The notes beneath the pieces were generated by a model. That model ran no database searches. It worked only from the letters and a program-made list of their open reading frames with translations, and had not been told where the DNA came from. DNA of 64,000 bases from the human T2T-CHM13v2.0 reference genome, Homo sapiens, in NCBI RefSeq assembly GCF_009914755.1, contig NC_060936.1; one strand, given 5' to 3'. Positions within the stretch are counted from its first letter, which is position 1, and each line of letters starts with the position of its first letter. Of the stretch, positions 43,486 through 60,823 are shown piece after piece. A program made the position numbers and the translations under genes.

Positions 43486-43960
43486 AGTCATCCCAGATTT
43501 AGATCAATGCCTCTCAAACATGTTTCTACATCAGAATCTCATTAGGGTCCATTAAAATACAGATTCCAGGGTCCCACCATGATCCTATTCCAGAAGGCTA
43601 GAAGGCTGCCCAGGGATCTGCATTTCTAGCAGACTTCCCCAGGGGAGTCTATTGCACAAGAGATTCCAGAAGCAGCAGGCCTAAGCCTTGCTCCTGTCTT
43701 TCTAATGTGACCTTGCAAATAGGCACCAGCCCACAGAATACAAGTTGCCCTCTGGGATCAAAAAAACTGCTATTCACTCAGAACATAGGAAGGGCAGTTT
43801 CTCCAAAAGCAAAATACACAAATATGCATCTTCAGTCTGTAGACACTCCAGGTGAAGTTGAGGCTGAAGGAATGAGCAGGACCCCAAATGTTTTAAGCCG
43901 CCAGCATTCTACTTGATATGGGAGGGGGCGGGGAGGCGCACGGCATTACCTGGTACCCAC

Positions 43961-44089
43961 CTACAGTTTTGCTTCCTGCAGCACAGAGCCCTTGGGAGCT
44001 GATGTCATCAGGGATTCAGAATAGGCCTGAATGGCCTCCTTATCCTTTGAGCCCTTTTTACTACTACTCCAAAATAAATAGCATTTCTC
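43961..44089 (-). CDS. SCARB1: SCARB1 exon 12 (129 nt), SR-BI cytoplasmic tail EKCYLFWSSSKKGSKDKEAIQAYSESLMTSAPKGSVLQEAKL*; skipped in SR-BII
   Basis: Acceptor ttctAG|GAGAAA; ends AAA CTG TAG|GTgggt; C-terminal EAKL is the PDZK1-binding motif; total 509 aa. Confidence 0.96.
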   Translation of the reverse strand, partial: EKCYLFWSSSKKGSKDKEAIQAYSESLMTSAPKGSVLQEAKL

Positions 44090-44499
44090 CTAGAAGATAA
44101 CCAAGCTAATTTATAGTTGACGTTGAAGCCACATAAAAATGGTTTTACACGGTTCTTCAATTTGCAAAAGGCAAAGAGGAAACAGGAAAGGCACATAAGT
44201 TTAGAGTCCAACAACCCTCAACGATTGCAGGTGGCTGAGATGTGGGGAGCTGCCGCTCTTAGACATAAGTACAAGCATCTTCAGGAAACACACCTGGGAG
44301 GTGGACAAGCCAAGCTGAAAAGGGCTCGTCCACTTGAAAATTTAAGCCAGCGAGGAAGCAAGGTGGGGAGATGGGCCATGGAGACCGACAACCAGTGGAC
44401 TTAGCTGGGGGGCTGTTTAAAATCAACGAGGAACAGATTGTTCTGTTAAAATACTTTTGATTTATTTTAAAAGAATGACTTGAGAAGAAAAAATTACTG

Positions 44500-44689
<190 letters not shown>

Positions 44690-44765
44690 TAAAATATGTT
44701 GAGTTTACCCGCATGTGATTTTTTTTTTTTAAATCAGGACAAATTACATAAAAACTGATAAGGCC

Positions 44766-45100
44766 GGCCAGGCACAGTGGCTCACACCTGTAATCCCAGA
44801 ACTTTGGGAGGCCAAGGCGGCAGATCATGAGGTCAGGAGTTCAAGACCAGCCTGGCCAACATGGTGAAACCCCGCCTCTACTCAATATACAAAAATTAGC
44901 CAGGCATGGTGGCAGGTGCCTGTAATCCCAGCTGCTCGGGAGGCTGAGGCTGAGGCTGAGGCTGAGGCTCCCGCTTGAACCCGGGAGGTGGAGGTTGCAG
45001 TGAGCCAAGATTGTGCCACTGCACTCCAGCCTGGGCAACACAGCAAGACTCCATCTCAAAAAAGAAACCAAAAAAAATAAAAATAAAAAAACAAAAAAAA
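44766..45100 (+). mobile_element. AluS with internal (GAGGCT)n expansion
   Basis: Alu consensus; gaggct repeated at ~44940-44969. Confidence 0.88.
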
Positions 45101-47386
45101 CTGGTAAGGTCCTGCTACATCAAAACACACATAATGGGATAAATTTCACTTACGTGGCCTCCAATGAAACCTGCAGGGAGGGAGCCACACTGCCGATCGT
45201 AGCATTCTTACTGGATTTGAGGGTGGGATGCTGATTTGGGGGCTGCGGCAGGGAAAGGGACCCTAGCCACAGCCTAGACCTTCTGTGCTTCCTGACCCTC
45301 CTTCCCTGTCCCCATTCTGGTGGACAATTTGGAGACAGACAGAAGGAGACAGAGGGATGAGGCTGTCATGGCCTCCTCTGGCCCAGTCCCTCAGCCAGTC
45401 CCCAGGGACCCCCTCATGTGGCTGTGCGTCGTCACTTGTGGACACCTATGGTGATGCTCTGCCACGGGAAGGTATTCATGGTCTGGGAGTGTGGGTTCTG
45501 AGTCCTTCTGTCCTCCCTACATAATTCAGTCTAGAAACTGGAGGGAGTTCCATTTTGCTCGCTGGAGTCACAGCCCTGCTGGGTTCTGGCTCCCCCTGGG
45601 GCAGTAACAGAGAAGGGGGCTCCCAAAAGGGCTGGTTGGACCCAATGGTCATTGTTCATCGGGAGCTCAAACGCTAGAGCAGCAACATGATGACAGCTGG
45701 TGTCCAGGCTACCATCTCACATTGTGGAAACCTTTTCCCCCCGAGGACAGGAATTTTGAAAGGAAGTCGGGTTTCAGGTCTGAAAGCCAAGGTGAAGAAC
45801 CAGGAATGCTTTATTGTCACCCAGCATGCAAGCATGGAAGCAGGCAAGCCTTCCCTGAGACAGGGGAAGAGGAAGAATCATTCACCAGTGCTAAAGGAAG
45901 CAGGTGCTGCAGAGGAGCCAAGACCAGCAGAGCAGCGGGGCAGCCCCAAGGCCCCTCAGAAGGCCTCGGCCTGTGGCCCTAGGATGATGCAGGTGGGGGC
46001 CACCTCAGAGAGTGGCTTTCTGGTCCATGCATCCAAAAACAGCCTTTCCTGATGCCCTGCCAGTGGGCAGCATCCCTTCCCCTGCCATGGCAGCCACTCG
46101 CCCATCTCCACTGCCCCTTGAGCTCTGTGATCACAGCTCTCCTGTCCTTCGTGTGACTGTAGTAACTTGCCTAAAGGCCTGCCTTGCCCATCTTTGCTGC
46201 AGATCTCATGTTCTGGTCATTTCTGCATCTCCTGACCTGTGCAAAGGGCCTTGCAGTGAATGCATGAATGAATAAATAAATGACCCCGAAGCAAGGAGGG
46301 ACACTGTTATCACCCCTCTTCCTGCTGCTTCTGGAGGTCTGAAGCCCAGGGCTGGAGCTCTTCCCCACTTCCGTTCCCTCCTGATAGCAGCTGCCCCATC
46401 CTGTTCAAGCCATCGACTTCCTCACCCACTGGGGCCTCCCCGCTGGGCCCAGGCTTCCACCCCTCCCAGCCCGGGGCCCATTCCCCAGCCAGCAGCTGAC
46501 CTAGTGATTCCCCTCTTTAAAAGCCTCCAATGGCTCTGTCACTCCCAGAATCAGTTCCAAACTGCTCACTGTGCACCACGAGGCCCTGGGTGGCCCGCCC
46601 TGTCCACTCTCAGACACCACCTCCTACCTCTGTCCCTGCCCTCACTCCCCTCCAGCCACCCTGGCCCTACCTGACCGTCCAATGTGCCTTGCCTGTCCCT
46701 GCCACAGGGCCTTTGCAGTGGCCGCTCCAGGCAGCATTCCTCATGTGGCTGTGTGCTGAGTGCCTCCCTGGCCTCCATGTCAAAGCTCACTATCTACCTC
46801 TTCAGAGAGGCCTTCCTGAAGCTCCATCTGTCCTTGTCCCCACTTGCTCCAGACATGCACTCTCCAGTCTGGAAGCTGCATTCAGTTGGTGAGCCCTTGA
46901 AACGGGGCCAGTCCAAAATGAGACCTGCTGCACATGTATCGTACACACAGGATTTCAAAGACTTCATGCAAAAACACTGCAAAAATATTGATGCCGTTTA
47001 TACTGATTACATGTTGAAGTGATAATACTTTGCATATATTTGGGTTAAATAAGATTAAAATTAATTCCACCTGTTTCCTTTGACTGTTAAGTGGCTATTA
47101 GAAAATTTAAACTGAAAACCTCACACGTGGCTCACGCTGTATTTCTATTTGGCTCTAACCCCTCACAGCTCCTATCATGAGTGAAATTATCTTTTCTGCT
47201 GATTTACTTGGTTTTCATCTGTCTCCCCGGCTGGGATGCCAGCCCCCCTCAATCCCCCTGAGCAGGGATCTCAGCTGTCTCCTCTACTGCTGTACGTCCC
47301 CTCGCCCCTAACAGAACCTGGCATCCCCGGGTGCTGACTTGATGAATGGATGATGCAAGTACCAGGTCTCATTACTCAAAGCCCAC

Positions 47387-47636
47387 CTGTGCCCCCTCCA
47401 AGGGAGGGTCCCAGGCCTTCCAGAACAGGCAGAGTAGTGGCAACGCGGCATGCAAAAGACGCAAGCGTGCTGCGCAGCCCCCAGCAGTGACCGCTCCCAC
47501 TCCGGCAGAGACGCAGGACTGCTGCTGGAGGTGGGCTCCAGGCTGCGGTTGGCCAGAGGGTCCGATCTGAGGCCCCTTTCCCCCAGCAGGCAAGCGAATG
47601 GCTGTCAGCCCGGGCTGCCCTCTGGCCAGCACCTAC
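47387..47636 (-). CDS. SCARB1: Alternative 3' extension of exon 11 (250 nt, VGAGQRAARADSHS...GPSLGGGT), long isoform ending ...GGGTGS*
   Basis: Frame stays open past the exon 11 donor to a distal donor CAG|GTgggc (GT at 47386-47385); joining to exon 13 gives G|GG TCC TGA and a total of 552 aa, matching my recollection of a catalogued long isoform. Confidence 0.7.
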
Positions 47637-47783
47637 TTGGCTCCGGATTTGGCAGATGACAGGGACCAGCAGCAGGACGCAGCCCAGCGCCAGGAGGACG
47701 TACTGGGCATAGTGCATCACCTTGGGCATCAACACCAGCTGAGTGTAGAATGTGTGAAGAGTCTCCCCCTCCATGGCCCCGCT
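47637..47783 (-). CDS. SCARB1: SCARB1 coding exon 11 (147 nt), C-terminal transmembrane helix: SGAMEGETLHTFYTQLVLMPKVMHYAQYVLLALGCVLLLVPVICQIRSQ
   Basis: Acceptor cctcAG|AGCGGG, donor CAA|GTaggt; hydrophobic TM segment; seen in ORF track 47376..47894. Confidence 0.97.
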
Positions 47784-48685
47784 CTGAGGAGACAGAATGA
47801 CAAACACATGAGCTGGGGCCGCAGGCTGCGGGCTACAGCGCAGATGCCACCCAACACCTTCCTCTGTGCCCGCCTCAGCTTTTCCCCACCTCAAGCTTCC
47901 CGGCTAAAGCATGTGTTGGAGCCTGCCAGGGACCTCCTCCCTCCAGGACACAAGGTGAGACTACAATTCCCCGACTCCCTTGCAGTTGGGCAGGGCCATA
48001 TGATCGTGTCCTGACCAATGGGAGGTGGACCTGGCCTCACGTGACTCTCCATCTCGTTCCCTGCCACTGAATGGAGGCTCTCCAGGATGGCGGGGCCACC
48101 GGGGCCCTGGAACCCTAAATGACTGCAGGGAGCAGAGCTCTGCCTCCCCATCAACCCACTTCAGATTCGGCTGTGAGTAGGAAGTAAACTTGACATTCGG
48201 AGGCTTGTTTGTCCTGGCCATTAGCTAGCCCTGATTTAAAACGAGGTGGGCAAGAAACAATAAATACAGTAAATAAAATAAAATAAAATAATAAAATAAA
48301 ACAAGCTAGGCCAGAAGGAATTCTGAAAAGCTGCGAGAGAAGTAAGTTTAAGAGAAAAGCTGACACCTTGGAAACCAACTTCCCCACTTTCAGGAGAAGA
48401 GGTCATATGCCCCAACAAAATTATTTTACACCCAGGGCCAGGGACTTTACCTCTTCATGCAGCTTCTGTCTTCCCCATCTCTAGGGATCCCTTTCACCTT
48501 GGTGGGATAACTGACATAGGGTGCTTGGACAGGGTGAAGTTTCTGATACGCTGGTCCATGTCACAGTCCGGTTACCCTGGCTCAGCCCTCTCCCTTTCTA
48601 CAAGCTGCTCCCCCCGCCTCCTGCCTCAAATGCCCACATTGGCTCTTAACAAAAGCCCCCGACGCTGTGCCCAACGCACCCTTAC

Positions 48686-48737
48686 CTCTGCAAACCAGAG
48701 CAGCGGCAGGACCACAGGCTCAATCTTCCCAGTTTGT
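48686..48737 (-). CDS. SCARB1: SCARB1 coding exon 10 (52 nt): (G)QTGKIEPVVLPLLWFAE
   Basis: Acceptor ttccAG|ACAAAC, donor GAG|GTaagg; phase 2 to phase 0 fits the neighbouring exons; not in the ORF track, read manually. Confidence 0.96.
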
Positions 48738-49111
48738 CTGGAAATAAGCAAGACATAGCTGTGTGAAACAAAGTCTTACACCCAAACTTGATCTAATTCT
48801 GCTTGAATACAACATCTAAACAGGTTTAGTATAATTTTGCACACACTAAACCCTCACCACCAAATATAAACAATGAGCTGAAACACTTTAGGAGCCATAT
48901 GACAAAACTGTCCCCAGGCTGAAGGTCTCAGTCTACAGCCCTCAATAATACTTGTAAATAAGACTAACTTTAAATCTTTAAAAGGCGTTTTGTTTTTTTT
49001 TTTCTTTAGTTGACAAGGTGAGATGTTTTCCCACAGGGCTGTTTGACATCACACAGCTTTGAACCTGTGATCATAAGCTCTGAGGCCAGGAGGGATTTGA
49101 TTCTGCAATCT

Positions 49112-49410
49112 CAGTCATCCCTCCTTATCCATGGTTTTGATTTCTGCCATTTCTTACCCTCAGTACAGTACAATAAGATATTTTGAGGGAGAGACCATGT
49201 TCACATAACTTTTATTATAGTATTTGTTATAATTACCCTATTCTTAGTTATTGTTAATTGTGGCTATGCCTAATTTATAAATTAACTTTATCATAGATGT
49301 GTGTGTATAGGAAGAAGCATAGTATATGCTATACAGGGTTCAGTACTATCCCCAGCTTCAGGCATCCACTGGGGGTCTTGGAATATACCCCCAGGGATAA
49401 GGGGTCCATG
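49112..49410. mobile_element. MER44-like TcMar-Tigger element
   Basis: cagtcatccctccttatcc...ggataagggg terminal inverted repeats with an AT-rich core. Confidence 0.7.
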
Positions 49411-51009
49411 GTACTTGATTGGCATGGGCTGAGGGAACCAGTGTTTCGATGTGCTGCCAGAAGGAATCTCCCCTGGCAAAGAGCTTGACAACTTGAAAAT
49501 AATCTTTTTAAACTAAAAACTCACATCTCCTACAGGGCAGAGACCACCAGTGACCCAGCCAAAATCCATTGGTCCCTTTTAGAAACAGGACCCAAATTTT
49601 ACTCAGGATGGCAATGCACCCAGTTAAAGACTCCACTTCAGCCTCTCTTGTGGCAAGTGAGGCTCTGTGACCAAGTTCTGGTTAATGAGATGTTCGCAGA
49701 AGCGTTACGTGGGATGGCCGGGAGGGCTGCTTAAAAAGAAGCTTTCACAGCTGGGAGGTGAACCTTTTTTCCCTCCTCCCTTTCAGATGCCTGAAACGCA
49801 GATGCAAGGGCTGGAGCTCTGCAGACACTGGGACCAGAGGTGACCTTGAGGATGGAAGCCATGTGTTGGGAAAATGGAACAGAAAGATGAGTGGAACTTG
49901 GACTATGAATGTCTCTTGCCATACTTGGACTGTCTGCCTCCAGACATCCTCTAAAAGAAGATTTTTAAAATAACAATATACCTTTGTCCCATTTGAGCCA
50001 CAACTGTTGAGTTTACTGATCTATACTGCCAAACCTAATTCCACCAATATACCTCACGACCCAGCAATTACGCTCTTCAGAAACTGCCCTAGAGATGCTC
50101 ACACATGCACACAGAGGCACAAAGATGTTCAGTGTTGCTTGGACTAGCAAAGACAAACAGACAAACGACAATATGTATCTTCTCTATGGCCACATATATA
50201 TGAATGTAAATAAGTAGGAAAAGGCCTGGAAGGAAGCACAGCAAATTGATGATGGTGGGTACGGCTGGGGATGGCGGGGAGTCACAGGAAACCATATTCT
50301 TCCCCTCAGGAAGATATGTTCTTATTACCTGTGAAGTTAAAACTTACACGTCAAGTTAAAAAGATAATAAAATCCAAAGGGAGAATAAAAGTAAACTTGA
50401 TACTGCAGAAACGTCACAGGCATGACCTCATCCAGGCTATCAAGGTCGACATCAACAGTGATACAGTATGTTGACGGAATGTACCCAAGATGCTCTGAAA
50501 CTGGAACTTTCTCTCTGCGGTCCTCCTCCCAAAACCCATCACCCCAGTCTAATCATGAGAAAAGCACCAGACCAATCCCAGTAGAGGGTCATCCTACAAA
50601 ATACCTGACCAGTGCTTCTCAAAAGTGTCACTGTCATCAAAATGAAGGAGAGATGAGAGACTGTCACAGCCAAAAGGTGCCTAAGGAGACCGGAAGACCA
50701 ATGCGACACCTGGGAAACTGTGACCTGCCACGACGAAGGGGACCGTGCAGACATGACTGCATCAAGGCTCTCAGATGGGGAGAGCGTCCTGGAATATCTA
50801 GGTGGGTCCATGCAGATATGGTTACATCAAGGTTCTGAGATGGGAAGAGTATCCTGGAATACCTAGGTAGGCCCCAGAGAATCACAAAAGTCCTTAAAGA
50901 GAGAAGCGGGAAGTCCTAGCCAGAGCAATCAGGCAAGAGAAAGAAAAACGAAAAAACAAAAACAAATTTTAAAACCCTAAAAAAAGAAAAATTAATTTTT
51001 AAAAAGAGG

Positions 51010-51303
51010 GGCTGGGGCGTGGTGGCTCACGCCTGTAATCCCAGCACTTTGGGAGGCCGAGGCAGGTGGATCACAAGGTCAGGAGATTGAGACCATCCTG
51101 GGCAACATGGTGAAACCCCATCTCTACTAAAAATATAAAAATTGGCCGGACGTGGTGGCACATGCCTGTAATCCCAGCTACTCGGGAGGCTGAGGCAGGA
51201 GAATCACTTGAACCAGGGAGTCAGAGGTTGCAGTGAGCGGAGATCATGCCATTGCACTCCAGCCTGGCGACAGAGTGAGACTCCGTCTCAAAAAAAAAAA
51301 AAA
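51010..51303 (+). mobile_element. AluS(c-like)
   Basis: Alu consensus match. Confidence 0.88.
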
Positions 51304-51362
51304 GAGGGAAGCAGGAGGTTAGAGGCAGAGAGAAATTGGACAGTGCTACACTGCTGGCTTTA

Positions 51363-51683
<321 letters not shown>

Positions 51684-52139
51684 CAGGGAGGGCTAGGATT
51701 AAGGTCATGAGCTAAGGAAAGTAGGCAGCTTCTAGAAGCTGTAAACGGCAAGGCACAGGTTCTCCCCTGGAGCCTCTGGAAGGAACAAGGCCTGCAGATA
51801 CCTTGATCTTAGCCTTGTTGTGTTCCTTTCAGACTTCAGACTCCCAACACTGCAAGATAGTTTTTAAAAGTGAGCCATGACATTTGTGGCAAAATTGTGA
51901 CAGCAGCAAAAGGAAATGAATACAGCAACTCACACTCAGTATGGAGCAGCAGGGTGGGCTGGCTCACCACTTGCCCCACACAGACCCCCCCACAACAGGT
52001 GTCTAGCAGAAAAGGCAGTGTGGCGAGGTGGTTAATAGTGCACACTCAAGCGTCGCTGCCTGGATTTGAATCCCACCTGGGCCGCTGTGCAGGCACGTGC
52101 TCACGTGGCAGGCCCGAGCCCTTCCACCCCACACAGGCT

Positions 52140-52630
52140 GCTGGCAATGCTGGCCCGGAGCTGGCGTCTGGGAGCCTGGATTCGGGAGGCCTCCCATTGC
52201 TCCCTAACTGACAAGGATGGCTCACTGTGCCTGAGCAATCTGTACAAGTAATGTGGTTTATACTGACCACCAGCTTGCCTTCTAAGGGTCTGGAATTTCA
52301 GTACCTGCCAGGCAGAGGGTGGCCACATGACCAGCCCCTAGTAAAAACCCTGGGCACTCAGTCTCTCTAGCGGGCTTCCCTGCCAGATGACATGTCACGT
52401 GGGTTGTCACAACTCCTTGCAGCAAGAATTGGGTGACTCCCCTGGGAGAGGGCTCTGGAAACTGGCACCTGCTTTCCTCTGGACTTGGCCCCGTGTGGCT
52501 TTTCCCTTTGCTGATTTGCTTTGAATCCTTTTACCGTAATAAATCATAGCCACGTGTACAACCATATGCTTCGTCCTGAGGCTTCCCAGCAAATCGTCGA
52601 GCCTGCGGTGGCCTTGGGACCCCTGACACA
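52140..52630 (+). mobile_element. MER21-family-like LTR fragment
   Basis: catgaccagcccctagtaaaaaccctgggcact...tttccctttgctgatttgctttgaatcc; paralogous to 58140-58630. Confidence 0.55.
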
Positions 52631-52955
52631 GCCACTTACGAGCTCTGTGACCTTGGGCGTGCTACTGAGCCTGTGTCCCTTCTGTATAAGCGAGATATTA
52701 TAACGTAACTCTTCCTAGGACTCTAGGGAGGATTCAATGCAGTAATACATGTAAAGTGCTTCGAAAATTACCCGGCATATAAAAGTGCTTGGCACATTTA
52801 TTATTGTTGTTGTTATAATTGTTAAATCCCAGCAAAGAAATGGACACACAAATATTCTGTCACTTTGCCATGCACAGCAGTAGGGAGGGGAGATGGAAGT
52901 CACTGAGGGGCGGTGACGAAAGTCAGCACAAAAGGCTCAAATACCACAATCAGAG

Positions 52956-53247
52956 ACCGGGCGCGGTGGCTCACGCCTGTAATCCCAGCACTTTGGGAGG
53001 CTGAGGCAGGTGATCACCTGAGGTCAGGAGTTTGAGACCAGCCTGGCCAACACAGTGAAACCCCGTCTCTACTAAAAATACAAAAATTTGCTGGGCGTGG
53101 TGGCGGGCACCTGTAATCCCAGCTACGCGGGAGGCTGAGGCAGGAGAATCGCTTGAACCCGAGGCGGAGGTTGCAGTGAGCCGAAATCGCGCCATTGTAC
53201 TCCAGCCTGGGCGACAAGAGCAAGATCCATCTTAAAAAAAAAAAAAG
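52956..53247 (+). mobile_element. AluS
   Basis: Alu consensus match. Confidence 0.9.
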
Positions 53248-53729
53248 GCTGAAATCCCCCAATCACAATTATTGGAGGTCTCTCAGGCCCCTTGTTAAGT
53301 AGGGTATTGCACAGTGAAATGGGCTCACACTATCACCCTACAGAGGACGAAACACGATGGGGAGACAACAGACGGTACCATTTACTTTGGCTGCTTTTCT
53401 CTGAAAGACTTTGTAAGAACCAATGGGAATTGTATTCAAGTAACATGCAACCCCACTGCCTTTACCTAGCGAGCAAGGAGCACAGAAGCTTCCCCGACAG
53501 GTCACGAGACAGCTCTGCTTCCCGGCAGCTGTGTCTCTAGACTTTTCCCACGGCCATCCCTCGTGGCCCTCCACATCTGCTGTTGAGACCACTTTCCTGG
53601 AGTGCCTTGTTCCCAGTCCACAGGGAGGTCAGCAGCTGTGCGGCCCAGAGAGGTTGGGTGACCGGTCCACAGGTCACTGGCAGGCACAATCCAGCTGCCC
53701 GCGTGAACTGTTTGTTAAGAATGTGAATT

Positions 53730-54145
<416 letters not shown>

Positions 54146-54693
54146 CTACAGTCAGCTGGTGCTGGGAAGGGGCTGTATCCTCGGCCCCAGGTCGCCTCTT
54201 CTATCTGGGTCACCCACTTGGCCCCAGTTGCATCCCAGTTAGCAGCCCAGGTGCCACGCGGTGGAACCAGAGGGAGGACTTGGGCTGCAAACGCCTCTTC
54301 CATGCCTGGGGCTGTTTCCCCACCCACAAATCCATCAAGAACAAATTCCCTAAGTGGCCTCAAAATATAAAAATAAAATGCAAGGGCGGGATGAAGGAAG
54401 AGAGCTCACAGTTATTACTCGCTGCCGTGCTCTGACAAAGTGTTATTCTTTCCAGCCGAGAGGCATTTGACAAAGCTGAATAGATGCTCACATTCCTGCA
54501 ACCCAGGGATTTTTCTAAGAGAATTTTTTTTAACGAAACTATTTCAGATATGCTAAGAAGTACAGACACTGACATAGCAACAAATCAGTATAATCCCTCA
54601 CCAAGTTCTAGCAACGTGTAATGTTATAGCAAGTGCTGGTGCGCGTGGGGAGGAACTGGAACCCTGCTGCACTGCTGCTAAGAATGGGGATGG

Positions 54694-55241
<548 letters not shown>

Positions 55242-55675
55242 TTATCCAGCCATAAAATATACTGATCCATGCTACGACATGGATGAACCTTGAAAACGTG
55301 ATCCTAAATGAAAGAAGCCAGTCGCAAAAGACCACATAGTGTATGATTCCATTTATATGAAATGCCCAGAATAGGTAAGTCCGCAGAGACAGGAAGTGGA
55401 TGAACGGTTGCCTGGGGCTGAGGGGACAGGGAAGTGAGTGTTAATGAGTGTGGGGTTTCTTTTGGGGATGATGAAAATGTTCCAAAATTGATTGTGGTGA
55501 TAGATACACAATTCTGTGAATATACTGCAAATCACTGAATTGTGCATTTTATTAGGGGGGTTATTTTTTTTATTTTGAATTGTGCATTTTAAAGGGGTGA
55601 GTTTTATGGTACATGCATTATATTTGCATAAAGCTGTTTTATTTTAAAAATCAAAAAGAGGAAATCAGTGCTTGA

Positions 55676-56250
<575 letters not shown>

Positions 56251-56477
56251 AGTGGTGTTCTGGGGAAGGAATATCAGGATGCAGGTCAGGACCTGGCTCA
56301 AAACCAAGACCCCTCAGGGAGAAGATCAGCAGGGACTGGATTCCACCCCCAATAGGACCCTCTCCCCTCCCCATGCCCTGGTTCCTGGGGTATGTCACTG
56401 GAGTCTGGGACCACTGGAGCACTGAGCACCTAATCTCTCAATGAGCAATGCAGCCCCAGCTCCCAGTCCCCACTCAC

Positions 56478-56551
56478 CCAATGCCTGCGACAGATTTCAT
56501 GTAGAGGCTCAGCTGCAGTTTCACAGAGCAGTTCATGGGGATTCCCGTGAC
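56478..56551 (-). CDS. SCARB1: SCARB1 coding exon 9 (74 nt): VTGIPMNCSVKLQLSLYMKSVAGI(G)
   Basis: Acceptor cgcAG|GTCACG, donor TGG|GTgagt; contains the N-C-S sequon; seen in ORF track 56474..56716. Confidence 0.97.
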
Positions 56552-57254
56552 CTGCGGCAACAAACACAGTGAGGAGACTGGCCACCCCCAAGCTCCAGGG
56601 ACACCGTCAACCCTCCTCTCCCTGGTCCCAGTCAAGAGGGTGGGCGTCCCAGCTAACTGCCCAGTGGAGCTTGCTTGTATCTTACCTAAAACAAGCCACA
56701 GGCTGGGGGGGGTCAACAGTTCTAGAAATGCTGGGCAGGTGCACTGGGATCTCCTCTCCTGATTCTAACCCCTTATAGGGAAACAAGTGCTTCCCACACA
56801 GTTATGTTCACAGCCTCAAAGAGGTTCCTTCTATAAAGCAAGGCTGTCTCAGGGTGGAAAATACCTAATCACTTTCACCTGTCCTCCTAAGACAGCGTTT
56901 CCCAAAGTGCAGAATGGCAATTTGTCCATGCTCCCTCTCAACCTCCACATTCAATAAAACAGACAAAAGTCCCTTCTCAATTCACTCCCAACTCCTCCTG
57001 ATCATTTTGAAGAGTAGGTCTCAGCCAGGTGTTTGCATGGTCTTTAATACCCCTCTAATACACCTACACAAAATCTCCACTTCTAACAATGGTGCTGACA
57101 GCTGGCCCCAGGTTCACTCCTGCTGACAGACAACAATATTTTACATAGAGCCTAATATTTTTTTCCTTGTTCATTTTTATGGTTGTCTTCTTTTTTTGGA
57201 GAATTTTGTAATTTCCTATTTGAGGTAGTAAGAAAAAGCTTCCTTTGTGCAGAA

Positions 57255-57703
<449 letters not shown>

Positions 57704-58139
57704 TAACCGAAGTGACACACATGTGTCATCAAAAACAACAGGAAGGTGGTTCCAGAATGAAGTCAGGAAATGATAGTGGAAATAAAACTAGATTTGAGGT
57801 CAGAGAACTGCAGTTGGTTCTTCTTAACTGAGAGTCGCGTCCTCATCTGTAAAACAGAGAGAACTCTCCCGACCTGACAGAATTTTTGCAAGAGCAAAAG
57901 TAAGGTATGCAAGATAGCCACACGCAGGGCCATAAATGCCTAGGTTATTATCACGTACACTATAGGGAAAGGATGTTTTCTTCATTATGGCCCAGCATGC
58001 TGAGGACCTTCCAGGCCCCTGTGGCAAAGAAGAGCTCATTAAAGGCCTCACTTACGCCCACGACTGGGGAGTGCTTGCCCTCGAGAGCCTGGTGGGATGG
58101 GCATGAGATCACCCGTGAGTAGAACAGAGTTCACGCCAC

Positions 58140-58630
58140 AGGCCTGAAGCTGCTCTCCTTAGGAATTCTGCTGGCATCTGGGAACCCAGATTTCAGGAGG
58201 GTCCCCACCATCCCCTAACTGATGAGAGTAGTTCACTGGGCCGAAATTATTTGTACAAACAATATGGTTCTTGCTCAGCACCTGCTTTCCTTCCCAGAGC
58301 CTAGAATTTTGGTACCTGCCAGGCAGAGGTGCCCACATGACTGGCCCCTAGCAAAACACCATGGGCACTGAATTTCTAATGAGCTTCCCTGCTAGACAAC
58401 ATCTCCTACATGTTGTCACAACTCATTGCTAAAGACATTAAGTGCATCCTGTAGGAACCCCCTGGAAGAGGACTCTGGAAGCTCCAGCCTGGCCTCCCCC
58501 GACTTCACCCAAGGTGCTTTTTCCCTTTGCTAATTTTGCTTTGAATTCTGTCATTACAATAAGTCTTAGCTGTGATACCACCATAAGCAGCGTCCTGTTG
58601 AGTCCCCCGTCCCCATGCCCTCCCCCAGTT
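58140..58630 (+). mobile_element. MER21-family-like LTR fragment
   Basis: Similar to 52140-52630 in the same orientation. Confidence 0.55.
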
Positions 58631-59159
58631 TCAGGAGCAGAAAAGTGGCCACACGGAAGCAGCTTCCAACACACGTTCGTTTTTCAAGGCTAAAGGCCAA
58701 CAGGCAGCAAGCTGATCTCCTGATCCCCCTCCCCAACGTGCCCAGCTCAAAAAACAAAGAAATAAAGGCCACTTCCTCTCCCCGTCGGCCTCAAGCTCAT
58801 CTGGAGGTAGAATTGGACGCAGCAGCTAAAGTGGCTGCGGCAAAACAGCTGTTTGCCTCTCTCTGGGCTCCCAAACTTAACCCCTTCTTTCTTGATGTGA
58901 GGGGAAGAAAGAAAATCCGTGCCCTGAAAGGAAAGCGATCACTGAGAGCGCACAGGAGACTGTGTTCATGGTGGAATTCTCCGGAAGCCAGCAGAGCAAG
59001 AGAGGCTGGAGGAGGAATTAACTAAAAGAGGGAAGGCAGAGACCAGGGCTGGGGCCGGGGCCGAGAGGGCCTAGTCAGCGGCTAAGGAGGCCTGGGAGGA
59101 CAAAGAAAAATGGTGCAGAACAGCATCCGCCATGGAGCTTCGGGAAGGGCCTAAGGTGC

Positions 59160-60823
<1,664 letters not shown>

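Noticed and set aside
44087-44092. NAGNAG (TAG GAG) tandem acceptor at exon 12
   Set aside because: GAG is a very poor acceptor and there is no support from sequence alone.
47376-47894. 172-aa ORF as a standalone gene
   Set aside because: It is SCARB1 exon 11 plus flanking intron; the N-terminal part lies upstream of the splice acceptor.
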